Assembly (NCBI GenBank): GCA_025558095.1
Contig: JAIVFI010000001.1
Span: forward strand, 372,001-436,000
Direction: 5' to 3'
DNA length: 64,000 bases
Source: Hyaloraphidium curvatum SAG 235-1
Lineage: Eukaryota; Fungi; Monoblepharomycota
Part shown: positions 59,767-64,000 of the stretch, one piece after another
How positions within the stretch are numbered: position 1 is the first letter of the stretch
Layout: every line of letters begins with the position of its first letter
The notes under the pieces: generated by a model
What the model saw: only the letters and a program-made list of their open reading frames with translations
Databases searched by the model: none
Told to the model about the DNA's origin: nothing
Program-made: the position numbers and the translations under genes

Positions 59767-60844
59767 ATGGCGCGTCGCGGCCTCGTGGCTTTCGCTGTTG
59801 CCTTGGCCATCCTGCTGAGCGCCACCACGGTCTCCGCCGCCCCGGCCGTCTCCGTCAACGGAGTCCTCGATGGCACCACCTCAAGCCCCGATAACACCGA
59901 ACACGATCTTGACAAGCGCCAGTGGACGGGCTTCAACGGCATTCAGAGGTGCATTCAGAGCTGCGCTGACGGGGGGGCGTACTTCATCGGCATGATGAAC
60001 CGCGCTATGGTCTACTGCGCGGGATCGCAGGGGGCGTGCGCCTGGTACAGCGACCCGAGCTGTACCCAGCCGCGCCCCCTCGCCGTTTCGCCTTACGGTG
60101 ACCCGGTGCCCTGCCCCGGTACGTGGCGCGCCCTCCCTCGCTCTCCGACGCACTTACATGTCCGTTCATCATCTCCAGCGAACCCTACAGGAGGATGGTG
60201 CAAGGCCGCCGCCGACGTGCTGCAGAACGGCGCCCCGCTTCCCTCCTGCGGCACCGGCGGCGGCGACAACGCCAACTGCCCGTCGACCCCCGTCAGCTAC
60301 CCCCACCTCCCCGTTGATATGGCGCCCTACTACTCGTGCGTCGCGCCGACCAACGGGCCGAGCTACCCCGGCGGATCGTGGTTCTGCCTGCAGGATGCAT
60401 CGGGCCGCGACAGCTGGGTCCCCGTCAAACGCACCGGCGTGGGTGATCCGGGCAGCGCTTTGTGGGAGGGCGCGATCGTTGACCTCGTGCGTTTGCCGTG
60501 TAGTCCGGCCAGATCGGCTGCATGTCTACCAACTCCTGGGACTGTGGGACACTTTCCGACGGCCGCACGCCCCTCGGTGCCCATCGCTTCGGCCGCGACA
60601 GGCATCTGGACCCCGCGCGACTGCTGCCTCCGACTCGCGGCCACCGGCACCGACCGCTCCCCGTACTTTGAGGTTGGTCTCGATGCGTTTGATGACGATG
60701 CTGCATGCTAACTGTCTGATCAAGTGCGGGCCCCTTCATTACCGGCTGTGGAAGACCTCGGGCTACTCAGACGCCTCACACTGGTGCTACAGGGGCTGGC
60801 AGCTCGTCAACGCGGGCGTGCCGGTGCCCAATCTCGGGTGCTAG
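59767..60844 (+). CDS. Secreted cysteine-rich protein (multi-exon)
   Basis: Signal peptide MARRGLVAFAVALAILLSATTVSA, DKR|Q Kex2-like site, many Cys/Trp/Gly. Confidence 0.75.
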
Positions 60845-61073
60845 CCGAATCCTCGCAATTCAAGCCTTTCGCATTCAACTGTCAACTACATAGCTATTGT
60901 ATTGCCGACTTCTTTCGTCTATGCCCAAGAAAGTTCGGGACTTGGTCAGCACTTTAAGCCGTAGTCTGTGGCGAGATGTTCTTTACGGTTCGCCCGGCCT
61001 TGTACTGTTCAATGAATCAACGGGGTTTCGCATTTGCCTCGCTCAACCGCAAAGCCATGCAGAAGTCAGGCGC

Positions 61074-61714
61074 ATGAACGCCAAGGAGCTGGCCGTATTG
61101 GTCGCCAACATCACGGGTAGCGAGGACGCGCTCACGCACATCAAGGAAACCCTGGGTTCGACCGCACTTTCGAAGCTCCACGTCACCGATGCGACGGGCC
61201 TCGTCATCGACAGTTTGCGGGACCTGGCCAGGCTCCAGGCGCAGCAGAACCTGGACGGCACCGTCACCTACGACCATGCTCTGCTGCGGCACACCCTGAA
61301 GCTTCTCCCGTGCTGGAAGAAGCCCAGATCCGGTCCCTGACGGACAAACAGGTGCTCGGCGAGGCGCTGGAGGTGCTGATTTCGATTACTTCATGGACGT
61401 CCACGATCTCGGGGTCGAAGAGCTGCGCAAGCTTCAGCACCTTCAAGTTCGGTGATCCTTATGGCGACGTCGAGTTCATCTGGCCGGGAAGGCCGGCGAA
61501 CGGGGGACCGCGCTCAGAGGAGGAGATCGAAGAGGACGAGCTGGAGTGGCTCGCCATCGTCGAGACCGAGTACGCCGCTACGAAGATGCACCCGAAGTGG
61601 GGTTCGCAGTACAGAGTCGACCGGTGGGACACTATTCGCTTGCAGTACGTCGCTCCCGTCTGCAGACGGGTTGCCCGTGCTAAGCGGACTTCCGTGGCCA
61701 GCTGCGTCCGATAA
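61074..61714 (+). pseudogene. Unknown ORF pair split by an apparent frameshift near 61305-61312
   Basis: Two protein-like ORFs overlap by ~30 nt in different frames, with no room for an intron. Confidence 0.4.
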
Positions 61715-61797
61715 TCTCGAAGGCCCTCGAAGGCCCCCGATGTTGGTGGTACGTCATGATTGTACTAGATGATAACCGTGTAAGTGCATCTCTCGTT

Positions 61798-63138
61798 CTA
61801 ATTCACATCGCGTACGGATTGGTCCCATGCTGTAAGAAACTCGAGGCTTTCGTACTCCGTCAATTCCGTCATGCCTGTAAACACATTGCTCAGCGACCAG
61901 CACTCCCCCATCATCCACTGCCCGAACCCCTGCCTGTCCCTCGGCGCATCGATCGCCTCGCTCCCGCATGCGGGCCTGTGCCGGTCCCAATCTCGTTCCT
62001 GGTGTTCCCTGCAGCAGTACCTTGCCGACCTGCACGCCGTGCAGCCCAGCCAGGGCAGCGCACCGGGAGGCGGCCCCGCGAGGCAGAAGGAGCACAGCCG
62101 CGCGGCGCGGAGGTACCTCCGCTCGATCGATGGCATGCATCCCGCCAGCCTGCCAAGCGCGCGCTGGCCGTCCGAGAGGGCGCGCTGCAGCGCGGCTTCC
62201 TTGCTCATGGGCAGGCCGGGCAGGCCGGGTTGCAGCCCTGGGGACGTGCAGGCCGGCACGGCGAAGACGCCCACGGCGGCGACCACCGGGAACGCCCCCC
62301 CGGGGTTCAGCTCCGTCGAGGGGTACGCCGCCTCCCGCGCCAGGAAATGCCAGCATTCCCCGCCGCAGTGGTAGCAGCGGAGGTCGCGCCGCCGCAGGAG
62401 CTCGTCAACGCCCCAGATGTCCACCTGCTCCGATGAAGCTTCGAGGGCGAAGGACTCGACGGCGAGGGTCCCCGATCCGGCTTGCGCGGCGATTTCGTCC
62501 GGAACGGCATGAACGAGCACGTAGTCCGACAGCGTTGCGGGGGCCGCGTCCGCCGAGGGACCCAGGTCGAGGAAGCGCACGAAGCAGAGCGCAATGGGGC
62601 CGGGGCCGCGGGCGGTGACCTCGGCGGCAAAGAACCCGAGCGACGCGTCCTCGTCGTTGATCGTGAGCACGTCGTCGTTACATATCGCCGCCCTGTTCGC
62701 GTGGTCGAGGGACGACGTGTCGAGCGGTGTCCCGTAGTCGCTTTTCTGGACGTCGAAGAACGCCTCGGCCTTTGCGGCGAACGCATCGCCGATGGCGCGC
62801 TCGCAGTCCTCCCGCTGGCAGTCAGGCGCCGCCAGCGCCAGCACGACGTGCGGCGCGCCCTCCCCGGCGCCCCTGACGTCCAGCGCCAGGATCGCCGCCA
62901 CGGCCCCGCAGCGCGCGCACGGCACGGCGGCGCCGCGGAGGGCGGCGGGCAGCTCGCACTCGAACGCGGCCGCCGCCACGGCGCGCGTCCACGCGGCGTC
63001 GCCTTCGGGCGCCGCGGGCACGAAGCGGTCCGCGGAGAACGCGAGCTCGTCGGCGGCCCCGCAAAGGTCCGCCATGCGCGAGAAGCACCGCATCGCAAGC
63101 AGCACGGTGCCGCTCGGCGGCAGCTCGGGCGCGGACAT
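61798..63138 (-). CDS. MYND zinc-finger protein
   Basis: CSFC...CTACRSARYCCREHQERDWDRHRPAC; extra CxxC pairs upstream. Confidence 0.85.
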   Translation of the reverse strand: MSAPELPPSGTVLLAMRCFSRMADLCGAADELAFSADRFVPAAPEGDAAWTRAVAAAAFECELPAALRGAAVPCARCGAVAAILALDVRGAGEGAPHVVLALAAPDCQREDCERAIGDAFAAKAEAFFDVQKSDYGTPLDTSSLDHANRAAICNDDVLTINDEDASLGFFAAEVTARGPGPIALCFVRFLDLGPSADAAPATLSDYVLVHAVPDEIAAQAGSGTLAVESFALEASSEQVDIWGVDELLRRRDLRCYHCGGECWHFLAREAAYPSTELNPGGAFPVVAAVGVFAVPACTSPGLQPGLPGLPMSKEAALQRALSDGQRALGRLAGCMPSIERRYLRAARLCSFCLAGPPPGALPWLGCTACRSARYCCREHQERDWDRHRPACGSEAIDAPRDRQGFGQWMMGECWSLSNVFTGMTELTEYESLEFLTAWDQSVRDVN

Positions 63139-63379
63139 GCTGCTCAGAATGTTTTGCTTTGGCGCGGCGGCGGATTGCGAGTCTAGCGGCAATGTGGCTG
63201 GGTGGCTGTGCTCGCCGAGAAGCCGCCGAGATCTTGCGATTTTGCGCAAACCACTCAAACCAGCGACTCGCTGCAGATGCCCGGAGCCCGCACGACGGCG
63301 AGCTTCCACAGGGGCCCCCCTCTAGACCGCATTCTCCCCCTCCGCGCCCCCACGCCCTACAGCTTTCGTCAGGATTCGG

Positions 63380-63748
63380 GTGTCAGCTTTCTCCGCTCAG
63401 TTTCCACCGCGACAGGCCGACTTGCACGCCAAAGCAGACCGGGTCGCTGCGGAAGCCCGCGGAAGCCCGGCGGAGGAATTCCGGCGCAGCTGCGCTCCCG
63501 CGTCTCCGTTCAACGGGCCGAACGCGATCCAGGTTGATGGCAGGGATTCGGTCGGCTCCATGCACGGGCCGTACTCTTGCGGCGGGGTTGCGGAGGTGCT
63601 CGGGGGCGAGATCTGGGAGAAGTTGGCGCGGCGCGCCGTGATCGGCAACGGGGTCACGGGGTTCGTGCCGATGGTATTCTGCGGGACCGTGAAGTTGGCC
63701 GTGTGGACGGTGGACGGCATGCTCAGGGTCGTGGGCCTTCATCTTTAG
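63380..63748 (+). CDS. Possible small hypothetical protein (5' end uncertain)
   Basis: Protein-like ORF convergent with the MYND paralogue; no homology recognised. Confidence 0.25.
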   Translation: MSAFSAQFPPRQADLHAKADRVAAEARGSPAEEFRRSCAPASPFNGPNAIQVDGRDSVGSMHGPYSCGGVAEVLGGEIWEKLARRAVIGNGVTGFVPMVFCGTVKLAVWTVDGMLRVVGLHL

Positions 63749-63798
63749 GCTCTCGGCCCCTTGGCTCGCACTTCTCTGCCACAGAGGGACAGTGGGCA

Positions 63799-64000
63799 TC
63801 AGCTCTCTCCCATCATCCACCGCCTGAACCCTTCCCTGTCCCTCGGAGGCTCCGGCGCCTCGCCCCCGCATGCCGGCTTGTGCCTGTCCCAATCTCGTTC
63901 CTGGTGTTCCCTGCAGCAGTACTTTGCCGACCTGCACGCCGTACACCCCGGCCAAGGCTGCGATCCGGCCGGCGGGCCCGCGAGGCAGCCCGGGAACGCA
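63799..64000 (-). CDS. 3' end of a tandem paralogue of the MYND protein
   Basis: GCLAGPPAGSQPWPGCTACRSAKYCCREHQERDWDRHKPAC...WMMGES*; DNA similar to ~61905-62090. Confidence 0.85.
   Translation of the reverse strand, partial: AFPGCLAGPPAGSQPWPGCTACRSAKYCCREHQERDWDRHKPACGGEAPEPPRDREGFRRWMMGES

Overview
GC-rich, gene-dense eukaryotic DNA with many short (~45-80 nt) spliceosomal introns. The gene set and style suggest an early-diverging (chytrid/monoblepharid-like) fungus, which is an inference. It holds about 25 host genes: HEM12, PKR1-like, a SET protein, a giant coiled-coil protein, a multi-domain glycosyltransferase, nucleolin/NSR1, RSC9/ARID2-like, ACADSB, eEFSec, XRCC4, PEX6, AIM11-like, eIF5B, PDX2, actin, a fucosyltransferase-like gene, a bacterial-type cyclase, a BTB protein, Y14, ICP55, ACS and MYND proteins. 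A 13-kb transposon island (18.9-31.9 kb) interrupts them. The most striking object is a complete, very young Ty1/copia LTR retrotransposon (24914-31407) with identical 211-bp LTRs, a GAATC target-site duplication and intact pol. Its expression design looks unusual. Gag and pol are separated by a repeat-filled segment that reads as a phase-compatible spliceosomal intron. The spliced gag ends at a UGA-CUA readthrough context followed by a candidate pseudoknot, in frame with pol. The primer site is complementary to the anticodon arm of tRNA-Lys(CUU), and the LTRs end TG...GA instead of TG...CA. Also notable are an intact selenocysteine elongation factor in a fungus, a LINE family forming a perfect 100-bp hairpin, and candidate bacterial-derived genes. 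Multi-exon gene coordinates are spans read by eye, and some start codons are uncertain.
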